A stretch of DNA of 64,000 nucleotides. Source: Scyliorhinus canicula. Its lineage: Eukaryota. Where the stretch lies: NCBI RefSeq assembly GCF_902713615.1, contig NC_052151.1:215337677-215401676 (forward strand). The letters run 5' to 3'. The notes beneath the pieces are model-generated. The model was not told the origin of the DNA, did not search any database, and saw nothing but the letters and a program-made list of their open reading frames with translations. The translations under genes were made by a program, and so were the position numbers. Shown one piece after another: positions 39,151 to 54,300 of this stretch (the stretch's first letter is position 1; the number at the start of each line of letters is the position of its first letter).

Positions 39151-39167
39151 AGACGGCAGCCGCCAAA

Positions 39168-39302
39168 GGGCGGCATGGTAGCCCAATGGTTAGCACAGTG
39201 CCTGGGACCCGGGTTCCATTCCCGATTCGGTCACTGTCCGTGCTGTGTCTGTAGTTACTCCACGTGTTTGCATGGATTTCTTCGGGTTCTCCGTTTTCCT
39301 CC
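39168..39302 (+). mobile_element. V-SINE 5' fragment
   Basis: GGGCGGCATGGTAGCCCAATGGTTAGCAC...GGTTCCATTCCCG...GGTCACTGTCCGTG. Confidence 0.75.
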
Positions 39303-40884
39303 TTTTGGTGTCAGAGTATCGGGAGAGCAGTGGGAGAGCAGTGGGATGCCTACAGCCCTGATAAACCATCCGCTCAGTTTAGAAATCTGGGGCTGAAAAC
39401 TTCTTGACCTTTCGATGAGATTGGAAGTGTAACGTTGAATGTAAAACTGGGTTAATGAAAAAAAAAGAGTACGAGATGCGTGTACTGGCAATTGAAACCA
39501 AGCAACAACCAAATATAAAATGCAACAAATTAATGCGGACAATACCGAAGATAATTGTACTAAATATTAAGGATCGAAATGACAACCTGTGAAGGGGGAA
39601 AAACTTGTGGACAGTTTTTTACTGAACAATTAGGAACATAGGAAACAGTATTCGAGTTTCGCCATTTGGCTCCTCCAACTTGCTCCGCGATTCAGTAAGA
39701 TGGTGGCTGGTGTGCTTGTGTTGAGCACCACTCCACCCCCAATCTATCTGTACCTTACAAAGTGTTCACAGACCCGGTTCCTACACATGCTGAGGCAGAG
39801 AGCTTCAAAGTCGGGAAACGGAATTGATAGAACAAAACCTCTCCGCTGCGTGGCTAGAAAATGACAAAACCAAATGTTAGTACAGTGCAACTTATTTATG
39901 GACTTACCGAGAACAGAAAGCATACATTAGAAGTCCACCTTATCATACCAGTTCAAGATATAATACGTTTCACTTTCTATTTTAAACGCCAGTGAGAACA
40001 AGCGCAAACATTGCGAACCGATCATTATAAGCCAACGAGCTCATTTCAGCTATCAATCCACTAAATATTCTTTGAACTACCTCCAGTGCATTGTCATCCT
40101 TTTATGTAAAAAATGTATACCAAATTCGCACAATGTATTTGAGATGTAGTGTCGATAAAGCCCTATATAAGCGACGTTCAAAGGTTTTGTTTTGCATATT
40201 GCAGATGTTGCAATTTCGTAGGAATGTGAATGAAGGAGTGGCAATGCACAGATAAAGGATATCAAGGCACTAAAGACGATTGAATGTGTTTGAATCGCCA
40301 GACGGTGATGAAAAAAATCGCAGGTTGTTATTTGAACCGTGGGGGAAATAGCCGATATTCTGAGCCACATCATATTTTCTCTCCGCACTAGGAGCTGGGC
40401 GAGTGAAGAAAAAGTGGTGAAAACTATGAGGGAAACACTTCATTTGGAAAGGGAAGATAAATCAGGGATAGTTAAGGATTTTTGCTATGAGTGTAATTTG
40501 TTTCATTCCGTCTTGAGGATCTGACGAAATGGTCGATGCGTATTAGATCATTTTTGCAACATATGGCCCAGGACTTAGAACGTTATTCGTCGAGGGATTT
40601 CAGAAGCCCGTTGGCTCCCTCATCGAATCTGTAGCAGGATGCAAATTGTTCTGACCGCTGGCTGTTTCTGTTCTTGACTCCGATACTTGTAAAATTGGTT
40701 CTGCAGGACTGAGTCCTGTCTCCCTTTCTTTGTGTCGTGTATGTCATGGCACTAGCCACAGTTACCGGATTGGTTGTCAGGTTTCTTGAGATAAACAAAA
40801 TGGTGGAATGCAACGAAATGTCAATGAATTCCTCAGGTGAGGAAAAGTACGACCAATGCCGATCAAACAAGGGAAACATTTATG

Positions 40885-41706
40885 TGTAAGAGGCCTTCCA
40901 GGTTATTTTAGTTGTCCCCATGTATAGTTTTAATTTTGGTCCTTGGACGTATAATTGGAATAACCGTTGAGCAGAAGAGTGAGGATGTGGACCGTGTTCT
41001 CCTAGGTTTTGCATGTTGAAGTGGAGAAACAGACTCTTCGGCGCAGAGTGAATCTTATGAATCAGTTTTTTGAGGAAGGCGGTTCATTAGGTAACTTAGA
41101 ACCAGGTGTTTTTCTGTTTAAGTGTTTTGCCTGGTTACTGTCTGGTGGGGTGGATGGGGGGCATCGGAGTGAACATGGCAGAATCCTCTAGACCTTCGAA
41201 GAAAGTGGAAGTGTGTATTCCAATTTCGCTGTTGTCTACTTTCTCCAATGAGATTGCAATGAAGGTCATTACCATCTGAAGGAAGAAAGTTCCCAACTGA
41301 TGACCTAACGTTTGGAAATAAACTAACTGGAAGACCTCCAATAAAAGATCCTGATCCTTTTATTTTCTTTTTATTTATCTTCCCACTTCGCCACCTTTCA
41401 ATTACTGTGTTCATTGTCTCTGCATATGTGTAGATTTGGGGGCTAGTTTGAAAGGGGTCTGGGGTGTGGGTCTGGTATGGGAATCAAACAGTAGATTACA
41501 AAATTGTAGTTGTTGCATATTTAATAATAATTACTGGTAATTATAAAATGTTATTTTTGTTTAGGTTTACAAACCTGGTGGTTGGTCAGTCAATTTAACT
41601 TAATAAAAGCGATGGGTAGACATATAAAATCAATTGTCAACGGGATTGCGTCCCCGATTCAAGTGGGGCTAACAATAACGTCGCCCGAGTCATGGGACTC
41701 TTTACA
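40885..41706. mobile_element. Probable solo LTR (~820 bp)
   Basis: Inverted termini TGTAAGAG...CTCTTTACA; internal AATAAA; TSD not conserved. Confidence 0.5.
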
Positions 41707-41711
41707 CATTC

Positions 41712-42004
41712 GTAGAATCATAGAATTTACGTTGCATCGAGTCTGTAACGGCCCTTCGTAAGTGCACAGTCCTTAAGCCCACATCTAAAACCCAGTAACC
41801 CCACCTAATATTTTTAGGCACGTAGACCAATCCACCGAACCTGCAAATCTTTGGACCATGGGACAAAACCGGAGCACAGAGTGGAAACCCACCGAGACAC
41901 AGGAGAACGTGCAGAATACGCACCGACAGTGACCCAAACCGGGAATCTAACCTGGAACTCTGGAGCTGCGAAGAAACAGTGAGCACCACTGTGCTACCGT
42001 GCCG
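41712..42004 (-). mobile_element. V-SINE with CR1-type tail
   Basis: TAGAATCATAGAA tail, V-domain, head CACTGTGCTACCGTGCCGC. Confidence 0.8.
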
Positions 42005-43849
42005 CTAACTGTATGGACACAAACAAAATAAGGGCATGCGCATTAACCATCAGGAAACTAATAATTTCTGAGGAGCACCTGCTGCATGTCTACAAGTACA
42101 TGTAGCAGGAGAAGTACTTAAACTGCTTTTATTGTATTGCGTATAATGGGCATACTTAGCATCTACATAGATTAAATTACCAGTGAAGTTACATTTGGAG
42201 AGTTAAAAAAGCAGTTATGTTAAATGGATTGATAAGTAGAAGTCTTTCGGAGAAACACAGGAAATAACATCACGGTCGGAAAACTGAAAGTGGAGAATAA
42301 ACACAATGGCGCCAGGGATAAAATGTTTAATCTATGTCGAAAATTAGGAACTGTGTATGTTGGTAAAACTTTAATTTAACCTAGAATGATAACCACCCGG
42401 ATCAAATACTGAATTGATATGGACGGCGTGTACTAAGGATTTGAAATTAAATTGCTTCTGTGAAAGATTAGAGGTTAATTGAGTTGATTTATTTTATTGC
42501 ATGGAGAATTATGAATATCTGGTATTAATTGTCTCAAACGTGAAGTAAAACCAGAATCGCATTGCATTTAAAAATAAATAGACTCAACTGAGGCGCTGCA
42601 ATTTACCTGGCTACAATGCGTTGTGTTTAAAATTTGATTCGGCTGGCACCGCACTAGTAATCTAGAGACACAGGCAAATTCTGGCATCACATCACATTAC
42701 GGAAGATGGTGAACCTCAGAAACATTAGTGAAAATATGCAAGTTACAGTCTATTTATGAGCGTGAAATCATGTTGCTTGCCGTGCACAAAAAATCCCATC
42801 TGGTTCACTAAGATGCTTTAGGGATTCGAAATCTGTCACCTGGCCTAAATGTAACTTAAAACCTCCAGGCCCACAGCAAGGTGGTTGACTCTTAATGCTC
42901 TTTGGAATAGTGGACTGTGCCAGCTACGCCGAAATCTCATGAGAGATTTAAAAAAAATAAAATAAACAAAGCACAAAACGAAAGCAACATTTTCTCACGG
43001 AACTGTAGACGGATGTTTGGTACGAAAAAAACTTTGAACCCAAAACAAAGAGAGTTCATTATGACCTTGCGGAACATTAATGTCGGTCAAGAACACGTGG
43101 AAACAAAGTCGCAGTAAGGTACTGCATTGATGCTTTAACCACTGTGTGCTTCACTAATGTATCTGACTGGAACGATCCCATCTGTAGGGAACCTAGTGAT
43201 TCAGCATACTGATTTTTTGAAACAGCGATTAGATAAGCCTACTTAGCAGCTCCAAGTTACCGGCTAAGAACTGATTACACGAATCACAAGACTTCTGTCT
43301 GCATTTATGGAATTTTGCTGGCAAATAGTTGATCCGCAGTGGAGTGCCCAAAAAACTGTTCGAAGGCGAATTTGCATCCAAATCACAATCTGTAAATAGG
43401 TAAACTCCTTTTAGAGGTGCATTCATACAGTCCTTATAGACTGCCAATAATAAGTAGTCAAATACGAATTCATTAACGATGTCAATACAGTTCAGCGAAC
43501 ATATACACGCGCTGCATTAGATCATTAAAGATCGCGGGAGAGAAGTCAAAATAGCTTGATTTCAACGGCGTACATAATGTTAGAAATATCAAAGTGAACA
43601 TGGAACACTGGGTAATTTGCAATACTTATGCATAGATTGTTCAAAATCTATGGGCACTTCCATGTTGCATTAACCTTCAAATGCGAATCAAATAACGAAT
43701 TAAAGCAATGAAAAAGTACTTGAACGGAATGGACGGAAAATACCGGAGGCTTTCAATGGACTAGATTTTTTTTCGAAAGCACTTGTTCTGGCAAAGCATA
43801 CTATACAACAACGTTTTGTGACTTCCTATTCTGAGATTAGGTTAAACCC

Positions 43850-44290
43850 TAAGCATAATATATCCAATGAAGGAGTCATATCACATTCGATAGGGATAAT
43901 TCCACAGTCACTCCCTCGACCATCGACACACAGTGGCAATCGTGTGTATTATCTACACGATGGCCTGCTGGAACTTACAACGGTTCCTTATGCAACACGT
44001 TCCAAACCCATTAGCACTGCAATATAGGAAGGCAAGGACTGAAGATACATAACAACACCAACACCTGAAAATTGCCCTCCACGTCATTCCTAATCTTGTC
44101 TTCGAAAGATATCGCCGCTCCTTCACTGTCACTTGTACAAAACCCTGCAACACCCCGCCTAAAAGCATGGTGCCTGATCCTACACTACATAAACCGCAGG
44201 AGTTCTGGGATTCATCACACAACCACCTTCTCAAGGGCAATTAAGTATGCATAACAAATATTGGCCCGGCAAGTCAAATCGAACGATATA
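43850..44290 (+). mobile_element. 3' end of the same old LINE family as 17780
   Basis: CACTCCCTCGACCATCGACACACAGTGGCA...ACCACCTTCTCAAGGGCAATTAAG tail. Confidence 0.6.
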
Positions 44291-45789
44291 AAATGAATTA
44301 AATTAAAATATCCATGAATCAAAAATGGGTTTTAATCAGAAATGTCGTTGAAATGGGATTGCAAATTGTACTTCACAGTAAACATGTGTTATTCAACTAC
44401 TCTGTTGACAAACTTTTATTTGAAACAGATGTTTCAAAATACATCGGTAGAGTACGATTATTGAATCAATTCAGGAAATGTCTGACCAAGCGGTAACACG
44501 TTGATTTGCATATACATTTGGTGATATTCTGCTGGGACGCCTAGCTTGATGCTTTATAACAGATGGCGCAAAGAAATATACTCAACATAATGGGATGCTT
44601 AAGATTGTACGGCAGTGAGTTTACTCTTCTCCCTGCAGTCAGTGTGAAAGTTTCGTCTTGGCTACAGTTTTAGCCAGTGTGATGGCAGAGTGTCGGATTC
44701 TTGTTTTCTGTATTATTTAGTGCCAGCATCACCTGGTGCGCATGAGTAGTGTCATTCGATAATAGCTGGAAAACATAACTTGTCTGTGTGACGCCCAGAA
44801 TTATGTCCGGCATACTGATTGTTAAAACGGTGGATTGGGGCTGTAAACGTAGCTTTTCTACTTCTCCCCTGATACTTAATAGAAACTAACTTGGTGGAAA
44901 ACAGTAACATGCAGTGAGTAGTAATGGTACTTTAACTTTGCCGAAATAACTTCACATTTAACTTGAAGAATGATCCCACACTGCTGGAGCTGAAGATAGA
45001 GATTCTACAATAATTGAATGAAACAGAAATAACTGGGATAGTGCACAGTCTCCCCCCCCACCACCACCACCACCTATTACCACACCCACACTTAGACACA
45101 CAACCGCCATGCCATGCCTCACGAACCTCAACGAGTAACTGTTTTCCAAACCTTTTAATTTACTGAAAAGTATCGATGTCCGACTGCAATCAAGTTATTG
45201 CAACGCGCTGATAATGGAAAATGTGCAACGCAGTCTACAATTTTCCACAAATTTACCATCAGTTCGACATTTGTTTCTTCTGTTCTTGTTGTTCATTAGT
45301 TCTTCTGCCAAGTCCATGATTGGTCCGTTGAACATTAATCATAGATGATAGGGAAAGGAGACATGAATATTATCTCCCATTAATTAGAAATATTTGTTTA
45401 ATGCTTAAATTGTGCAAACTTGCGAGATGACGTCAGGTTTCTTCGGAATCCTCATGCCTACAGTCTGTCAACGCATTTAGAGATATCTACACGCAGGCAA
45501 AAATTTTCAGGAAACTTTCACTGCTGGGGGTGCTCAGCTAATTCATTCACATCAGAGATGATGTATTGTAAGTAACAATATTTCAAAAGTTCCATTCGTA
45601 TTTGTCTTGTGCGATACTTCTCACCATTGAACGTCTTAAAACTGTTGTATAGTGAGTATACTTGCCATTTGCAGGAAATATATTTGGCACGCATTTTTGT
45701 GCATTAAAAAATAGAACTGTAGGTGAATTGATATCTTTTCAATTGTCTCGGTGGAAAATCTCACACATGGACCGTCCATTTTCTGTCAG

Positions 45790-47380
45790 CAGCGTACGAA
45801 CTGCCTAAGGGAATGTTCAGCACGAAGACCAATTAATGTAACGAAAACGAAATAAATTGGTCCAGAATAGGGTCGCAGGTTCCAAGAAGATATAAACGAG
45901 CAGGACAGATGGGCAGATGGTAGTAGATAGTCTTCAGCCGTGATATTTGAGAGGTGATGCGCTTTGGTATAAGTCATAGGATAAGGGACTATGTGCTGAA
46001 CCGCAGTGCATTAGAAATCTCAGAGGATAAGATGTGTCTTGGGGTACACGTTCATTGATCTCTGAACGTGGCAGAGTAAATGAATAAGAAGGCACTTGAG
46101 GACATTTGTTTTATCAGTCGTGGCATAGACTATAAGAGCAAGAACGTAATGATTGGGTTGGATTGAATTGGTTTATTGTCACGTGAACCGAGGTACAATG
46201 AAAATTATTTTTCCGCAAGCAGCTCAAAAGATCATTAAGTACGTGAAAATAAAATAAAATTCAATAAAATACATGATAGGGCAACACAAGGTCCACATAA
46301 AAACTGGTATCAGGTGAAGCATACATGGGTGTAGTGATAATCAGGTCATTCCATAAGACGGTCGTTTAGGAGTCTGGTAACAGCGCAGAAGAAACTGTTT
46401 TTGAGTATGTTCGTGAGTGTTTCAGACGTTTGTATTTCCTGCCCCATGAAAGCTGTTGGAATAGTTTGTAAGCAGGGTGGGAGGCGTCTTTCTTTTAGAA
46501 CATACAGTGCAGAAGGAGGCCATTCGGCCCATCGAGTTGAACCCTATCCCTGTATCCCAATAACCCCCCTTAACCTTTTTGGTCACTGAGGGCAATTTGT
46601 CATGGCCAATACACATAACCTGCACGTCTTTGGACTGTGGAAGGAAACGGGAGCACCAGGAGGAAACCCACTCAGACACGTGGAGCGCGTGCAGTTTCCG
46701 CACAGACAGTGACCCAGCGGAAAATCAAACCTGGTAACCTGGGGCTGTGAAGACACAGTGCTGTCCGCTTGTGCTATCGTGCTGCCCGTGTCTTTGATTC
46801 TGATGGAGCTGCTCATAACCTTAATTAGGCCGCACCTGTAGTATTGTTTGCAGAACTGGTCACCAAACTACAGGAAGGAGGTAATTGCACTCGAAGATGT
46901 ACAGAGGACGTTCACCAGGTTGTTTCCTGGGATGGAGCACCAGAGCTACAAGGAAATAGAGAAGACTTGATCGGCTTTTATTTCTTGCTTAAGAGCAGAG
47001 GTGAGGGGGATACGATTGAGGTGAGTAAGATTATGAGGTGTTTGGAGAGGATAAATAGGAAGCAGCTTTTTCCGATGATCGAGAGGTCAACCAAAATAGG
47101 ACATAGTTAAAAGGGCCATGATAGGACATTACGAGAGGAATTGAGATCGTTTCATCACTCAGACGATGGTGACAATCTGGAATGCACTCCCTGGAAGATA
47201 GTGGATGCTTAAAACCTCTCAACCATTAATTGAACACATTAATGTGTACTTAAAATACCATTCCATTCAACGATATGGTCCAAATGCTGGTAAATGACGC
47301 TGACGTGCGATTAGGAATAGTTATTGCCGCTGTAAATGCGATGAGCCAAATGACACTTTTCTGCCGTGTAAAATTTTATG
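45790..47380 (+). mobile_element. Degraded CR1 3' part with nested Rex1/Babar 3' end (~46160-46490, -) and V-SINE (~46495-46788, -)
   Basis: CR1 motif remnants TTAGGCCGCACCTGTAGTATTG...GTTCACCAGGTTG; the nested pieces match 30175-30625 and the SINE consensus. Confidence 0.7.
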
Positions 47381-47866
47381 ACTCTATATTCGGATGCAGA
47401 ATCTATGTCGATGGAGACACGAAATACCAATGGGGAGAAGACGCTGCTGGGGGTTTTCTGTGGTCGGCCAAATATTAGTGGGGAAGGCATTGAAGAATAA
47501 ATCATAGATGCATTCAAAAAAGCTTCAATAGTAAACATGGGTAACTTTATTTCTAATATACTTTTGAGAAAAACAATCAGCAAGGGGAAACTGGAGGGGT
47601 CCTCAGAGAGTGGAACAGGTATTTTATATGCATGTAGACAGGTACCAGAAGCCCATGGAGTGATGTTTAAAACGATAAGGACAGAGCCAGCTCAGACGTC
47701 TATAGAATTAAACAAAATCGTTTTGATAGGTGCATACGAGAATGGAAAATCGCCCGAAATAATGAAGGTATTAGGGAAATTCATATTCTTCATGTATTTA
47801 AAGATTCGTTTTCTACATTATTGAAAACTCATGTGTAGGTGCAAATGGTTAAAACTGCTGGACAGG

Positions 47867-48097
47867 CGGAGAGCACGGTGGCATATTGGTTAGCATTGCT
47901 GCCACACGGCGCGCAGATCCCAGATTTGATCCCGGCTCTGGTTCACTGTCCGTGTTGATTTTGCACATTCTCTCCTTGTTTTCTTGGGTTTCGCCCCCAG
48001 AAGCCAAAATATCTGCCGGTCAGGTGGACTTGCCAAGCGAAATTGCCCGTTAATTGGTAAAATGAATCGGTACACTATCTATACAGGAAAACAAATC
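47867..48097 (+). mobile_element. V-SINE with A-rich tail and 15-bp TSD
   Basis: AAACTGCTGGACAGG duplicated at 47852-47866 and 48098-48112. Confidence 0.88.
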
Positions 48098-48360
48098 AAA
48101 CTGCTGGACAGGTGGCAGTAATATCAACTAATATTGAATCAGTTCGTAAAGCAAGGTATGGACCCCAACAATATGTTCTGTGTACGAAGGATACAAAATT
48201 GCGATACAAAAACTCCGCAGGTGGCATTGTTGGAGATATCATGGTGATGTTTCTTCAATTTTACGAGGGAATTTATCAGAATCGAAGAGAGAGAGAACGA
48301 CACGGAAATGTAATTATTGTATTCAGTTTTGAGACGCCAAGTCGCAGTGCTGGATTCACA

Positions 48361-51300
48361 ATAAGAACACAAGAACTAGGAGCAGGAGTAGGCCCTTCTA
48401 CCCTGAAATCATGGCTGATCTTGTGTGGATTCAACTCCACTTGCCCGCCTGAACAACATAACGCTTTATTCCTGTATTCTTCAAAGTACTATCTATCTTT
48501 ATCTAGACAACATTTAACGAAGGAGCTTCAACTGCTTCACTGCGCAGGGAAGTCAATAGATTCACAAACGTTTGGGTGAAGAATTCCATTCTAACATCAG
48601 TCCTAAATCTACTTCCACTTATTTTGAGGCTCTGGTCCCAAGTTTTGCTTTCACCCGCCTGTGGAAAATATCTCGCCGCATCTCTCTTATATACTCCCTT
48701 TATATTTTTTTGTTTGTATAATATCCCGCTACATAATTCTAAATTCGAACGAGCACAGTCCCAGTCTACTCAACCTCTGTTCGTAACCAACGCCTCACGT
48801 CAGGGATTAAGCTCGTGAGTCACCTTTGCACACCGCCCAGCGCCAGTACACCATTTCTTGTTAAAGGAGGACAAAACTGAACACAATACTCCAGGTGTGG
48901 CCTCACTAACACCTTATACAGTTGCAGCATAACCACCCTCGTGTTAAACTTCATTCCTCGAGCAATGAAGGACAAACTCCATTCGCCTTCTTCATCGCCT
49001 GTTGCACCTGTAAACCAACATTTTGCTACTCATGCACGGGGACCCCCAGGTCTCTCTAGAGAGCGGCATGTTTTAATATTTTATCATTTAAATAATTATC
49101 CTTTTGCTGTTATTTCTACCAAAATGGACAACCTCACATTTTTCAACTTTCTATTCCATCTGCCAGACACTAGCCCATACACTTAAACTATCCAAATCCC
49201 TCTGCACGGGGTGGGCATCGGATCATTAGTCAGAAGGTGAAAGAATTGAGGAAGAACGAGGGAGTAGGGCCAGTTTGGCACTGAGGAAGAGCAGAGAGGG
49301 AGATGTTGCTGAAAACAGTGGGTCTGGTGGCCTGAAGTGCATATTTTTTAATGCAAGAAGTATTACGGGTAAGACAGATGAACATAGAGCTTGGATTAGT
49401 ACTTGGAAATATGAGGTTGTTGCCAATACAGAGACCTGGTTGAGGGAAGGACAGGTTTGTCTGCTAAATGTTCCAGGATTTAGATGTTTCAGGCGGAATA
49501 AAGGGGGTGAAAAAGGGGAGGCGGAGTTGCGCTACTGGTTAGGGAGAATTCCTGTAACAGCCTCCCCGAACAGGCGCCGGAATGTGGCGACTAGGGGCTT
49601 TTCACAGTAACTTCATTGAAGCCTACTGGTGACAATAAGCGATTTTCATTTCACTTTCATTCCATAGCACAGCTGTACTGCGGGAGGACACCTCAGATGG
49701 CAGCGAGGCTATATAGGTAGAGATCAGGAATAAGAAGGGTGCAGTCACAATGTTGGGGATTTACTACAGGCCTCCCAACAGCCAGCAGGAGATAGAGGAG
49801 CAGATACGTAGACAGATTTTGGAAACGACTGAAAACAATAAGGTGGTTGTGATGGGAGACTTCAACTTTCCCAATATTGACTGGGGCTCACTGTGTGCTA
49901 GGGGCTTAGACGGATCAGAGTTTGAAAGGAGCATCCAGGAGGGCTTCTTAAAACAATATGTAGACAGTCCAACAAGGGAAGGGGCTGTACTAGACCTGGT
50001 TTGGGGAATGAACCCCTACAGGTTGTAGAAGTTTCAGTAGGAGAGTATTTCGGGAACAGTAACCAGAATTCAGTAAGTTTTAACGTGCTGGTGCACAAGG
50101 ATAAGAGTTGTCCTCTGGTGAATGTGCTAAATTGGGGGAAGGATAATTTTTAAAAATATTAGGCGGGAACTGATAACCTTGATCAGGCGTGGATGTTTGA
50201 GGGTAAATGAACATCTGACATGTGGGAGGCTTTCAAATGTCAGTTGAAAGGAATTCAGGAGCGCCATGTTCCTTTTCGGAAGATGGATAAATACGGCAAA
50301 TTTCGGGAACCTTGGATAACGAGAGTTATTATATGCCTCGTCAAAAAGAAAAAGGAGGCATTCGTCAGGGCAAGAAGGCTGGGAACAGGCGAAGCCTGTG
50401 TAGAATATAACGAAAGTAGGAAGGAACGTAAGCAAGGAGTCAGAAGGCTAGAAGGTGTCACGAAAAGTTATTGGCAAATAGGATTAAGTAAAAACCCACA
50501 GCTTTTTACACGTGCATAAAAAGCAAGAGGGTAGCCCGGGAAAGGGTTGGCCCACTGAAGGATAGGCAAGGGAATATATGCGTGGAACCAGAGGAAATGG
50601 GCGAGGTAATAAATAAATGCTTTGCATCAGTATTGACCAAAGAGAAGGAATGGGTTGATTTTGAGTCTGGTGAAGGGTGTGCAGATAGCCTGGGTCACAT
50701 TGAGATCCAAAAGACGAGGTGTTGGGCGACTTGAAATATATTAAGTTAGATGCGTCCCCAGGGCCTGATGGGATTTACAGCAGAATACTGAAGGAGGCTA
50801 GAGAGGAAATTGGTGAGGCCTTGACAGAAATCTTTGGATCCTCACTGTCTACATGTGATGTCCAGGAGGACTGGAGAATAGCCAATGTTGTCCCTTTGTT
50901 TAAGAAGGGTAGCAATGCTAATCCAGGGAACTACAGGCCGGTGAGCCTTACGTCAGTGGTAGGGTTATTACTGGAGAGATCTCTTCGCGACAGGATCTAC
51001 TTCCATTTGGAAGCAAATGGACGTATTAGTGAGAGGCAGCATGGTTTTCTGAAGGGAAGGTCGTGTCTCACTAACTTTACAGAGTTTTTCGAAGAGGTCG
51101 CAAAGTTGATTCATGCAGGTAGGGCAGTGGATGTTTTCCATATGGACTTCAGTAAGGCCTTTGACAACGTTTCTCATGGTAGACTGGTAAAAAAGGTGAA
51201 GTCACACGGGATCAGCGGTGAACTGGCAAGGTGGATACAGAACTCGCTAGGTCTTAGAAGGCAGAGAGTAGAAATGAAAGGGTGCTTTTCTAATTGGAGG

Positions 51301-54300
51301 GCTGTGACTAGTGGTCTTCTGCAGAGATCAGTGCTGTTCGTAGTAGGTATACATTATTTGGGGGGAAATGTAACTGGTCTCATTAGTAAGTTTTCAGATG
51401 ACACAAAGGTTCGTGGAATTGTGGATAGCGACGAGGACTGTCAGATGATACAGAAGGATTTAGATCTTTTGGAGACTTGGGCGGAGAGATGGCAGACGGA
51501 GTTTAATCCGGACAAATGTGAGGTAATGCATTTTGGAAGGTCGAATGCAGGTTGGCAATATACAGTGAATGGTGGAACCCTCAATAGTATTGAAAGTCAG
51601 ATAGATCTAGGTGTACAGATCCACAGGTCACTGAGAAGGGCAACACAGGTGGAGACGGTAGTGAAGAAGGCATACGGCATGCTTGCCTTCATTGGCCGGG
51701 GCATTGAGTATAATATTTGGCAAGTCATGTTGCAGCTGAACGGAAACTTAGTTAGGCCATACTTGGAGTATAGTGTTAAATTCTGGTTGCCACACTACCA
51801 GAAGGATGTGGAGGCTTTAGAGCGGCTGCAGAAGAGATTTACCAGGATGTTGCCTGGTATGGAGGGCATGAGCTATTAGGAGCGGTTGAATAAACTCGGT
51901 ATGTTCTCACTGGAATGACGGAGGATGAGGGGCGACCTGATAGATGTCTACAAAACTTTGAGGGGCATAGACAAAGGGGATAGTCAGGGGCTTTTCCCCA
52001 CGGCAGAGGGGTCAATTACTAGGGGGCATACGTTTAAGGTGCGAGGGGCAACGTTTAGAGGAGGTTTACGAGGCACGTTTTTTACACAAAGGGTAGTGGG
52101 TGCTTGGAACTCGTTGCCGGAGGAGGTGGTGGAAGCAGGAACAATGGTGACATTTAAGGGGCATCTTGACAGATATATGAATAAGATGGGAATAGAGCGA
52201 TACGGACCCAGGAAGTGTAGAAGATTTTAGTTTAGTTGGGCAGCATGGTCGGCACGGGTTTGGAGGGACTAAAGGCCTGTTCCTCTGCTGTACATGTCTT
52301 TGTTCTTTTGTTATTTGTTGACTTCCTGTTCCCTCTGCACTTTTTGTTTACCACTCATCTTTGTGTCGTCTGCAAACTTGGACACATTGCACTTGGTCCC
52401 CATCTGCAAATCATCTCGGTAAATTGTGAAAAAATGTGAGCCGCACTCTGAGCCCTGATGAACACTACTAGCTACTGATTGCCAACCAGAGAAACATGGA
52501 TTAACTCCCACTCTTTGCTTTCTATTAATTAACTAATCTTCTATCCATGCCACTTAACGCCAACCACCATTATCTTATGCAGCAACCTTTTGTGAGGCAC
52601 CTTGTCAAATCCTTTCTGGAAATGCAGATATACCACATCCATTGGCTTCCCGTTGCCTACCGCACTCGTAATATTCTCAAACAATTCCACTAAATTAGTT
52701 AGGCACGATGTGCACTTTATGAACCAATGCTGCGTCTGTCGAATGGAAAATTTCAATCCAGATGCCTCGGTATTTCTTGCTTGGTGACAGATTGCAGCAT
52801 GGTTCCTTCTACAGAAGTTAACACAACTGCCCTATAATTACCCGCTTGCTGCCTACCTCGTTTTTAAAAAAGTGGTATCCTGGTTGCTAAGTTCCAATCC
52901 GCCGGGACCACACAAGTGACTAGTGAATTTTGGTAAATTATCACGAGTGCATTTGGAATTTCCTAGCAATTACTTTTAGTACCCTGGAATGCATTCCATC
53001 AGGGCATGCAGACTTGTCCACCTTTAGCCTCATTAGCTTGCCCGTCGCAACGTCCTTACTGATAACAATCGCCTCAAGGTCCTCACCTGTCACAACCTTC
53101 TTTCCAACAGTCATTGGCGTGTTATTTGAGTCTTCCACTGTGAAGACCGACCCAAAAGCCCTGTTCAGTTCCTCAACCATATCCTCATCTCACATTATTA
53201 AATCACCTTTCTCATCCTCCAAAAGGGCCAATAGTTACCTTAGCCACTCTTGTTTTGTTTTCTCGATTTGTACAAACTTTTGCTATCTGTGTTTTATATT
53301 CTGAGCAAGTTTACTCTCATAATCTAACTTACTCTTCTTTATAGCTTTTTTAATAGCTTTCTGTTGCCCTCTAAAGATTCACAATCTTCTAGTCTCCCAC
53401 TAATCTTTTTCACTTTGTATGCTTTTTCCTTCAATTTGATTCTCTCCCTTATTTCCATAGCTACCCATTGTCGATTTTCCCTGTTTCTACCATCCTTCCT
53501 TTTCGTTTGTATAAACTCTGGCTGAGCACTGTGAAAAATCGCTTGGTGGTTTCTCAACTGTTTCTCAACTCTTCCACCATAAAGTCTTTGCTCCCAGTAT
53601 TCAATAGCCAGCTCTTATCTCATCCTGTTGTAATCTTTATTTAAGCACAAAACACCAGCGTTTGATTCTAATTTCTGACCCCTCATCTGTATTTTAAATT
53701 CATCCATATTGTGAGCACTCCTTCCGAGAGGATCCCGAATTATGAAATCATTAATCAATCATGTCTCATTACACAGGACCAGATCTGGGATCGCTTGTTG
53801 CCTCATTGGTTCCATTACATATTGTGCTAGAAAGCTATCGCAAATACATTCTATAAACTTCTGCTCAAGACTGCCTTGACCGACCTGGTTAAACCAATCG
53901 ACATGTAGATTAAAACCCCCATTATAACTGCTGTACCATTTCTGCATGCAACAGTTATTTATTTGTGTATTGCCCGCCCCACCCAAATGTTACTCTTTGT
54001 GGTCTATAGCCGACTCCTGTTAGTGACATTTTCGCCTTACTATTCCTGAATTCCACCCATCTGGATCCAATCTTATCCTTCACTACTGCTCGGAATCATG
54101 TTTAGAAAACAGAGCTACACCACCTCCCTTACCATCTCCTCAGTCCTTCCAAAAAATTTGATACCCTTGGATATTGAACTCAAAGTTGTGACCATTATTT
54201 TCCCATGTTTCAGTAATGGCCACTAAATCATAATCATTCACGATGATTTGCGCCATCAATTCGTATACATTAATCCCAATACTACCAGCATTCAGGTAAA

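Noticed and set aside
50719-51879. Functional or domesticated reverse transcriptase gene
   Set aside because: It is part of a decayed CR1 with flanking stops and a damaged PQGSVLGP motif.
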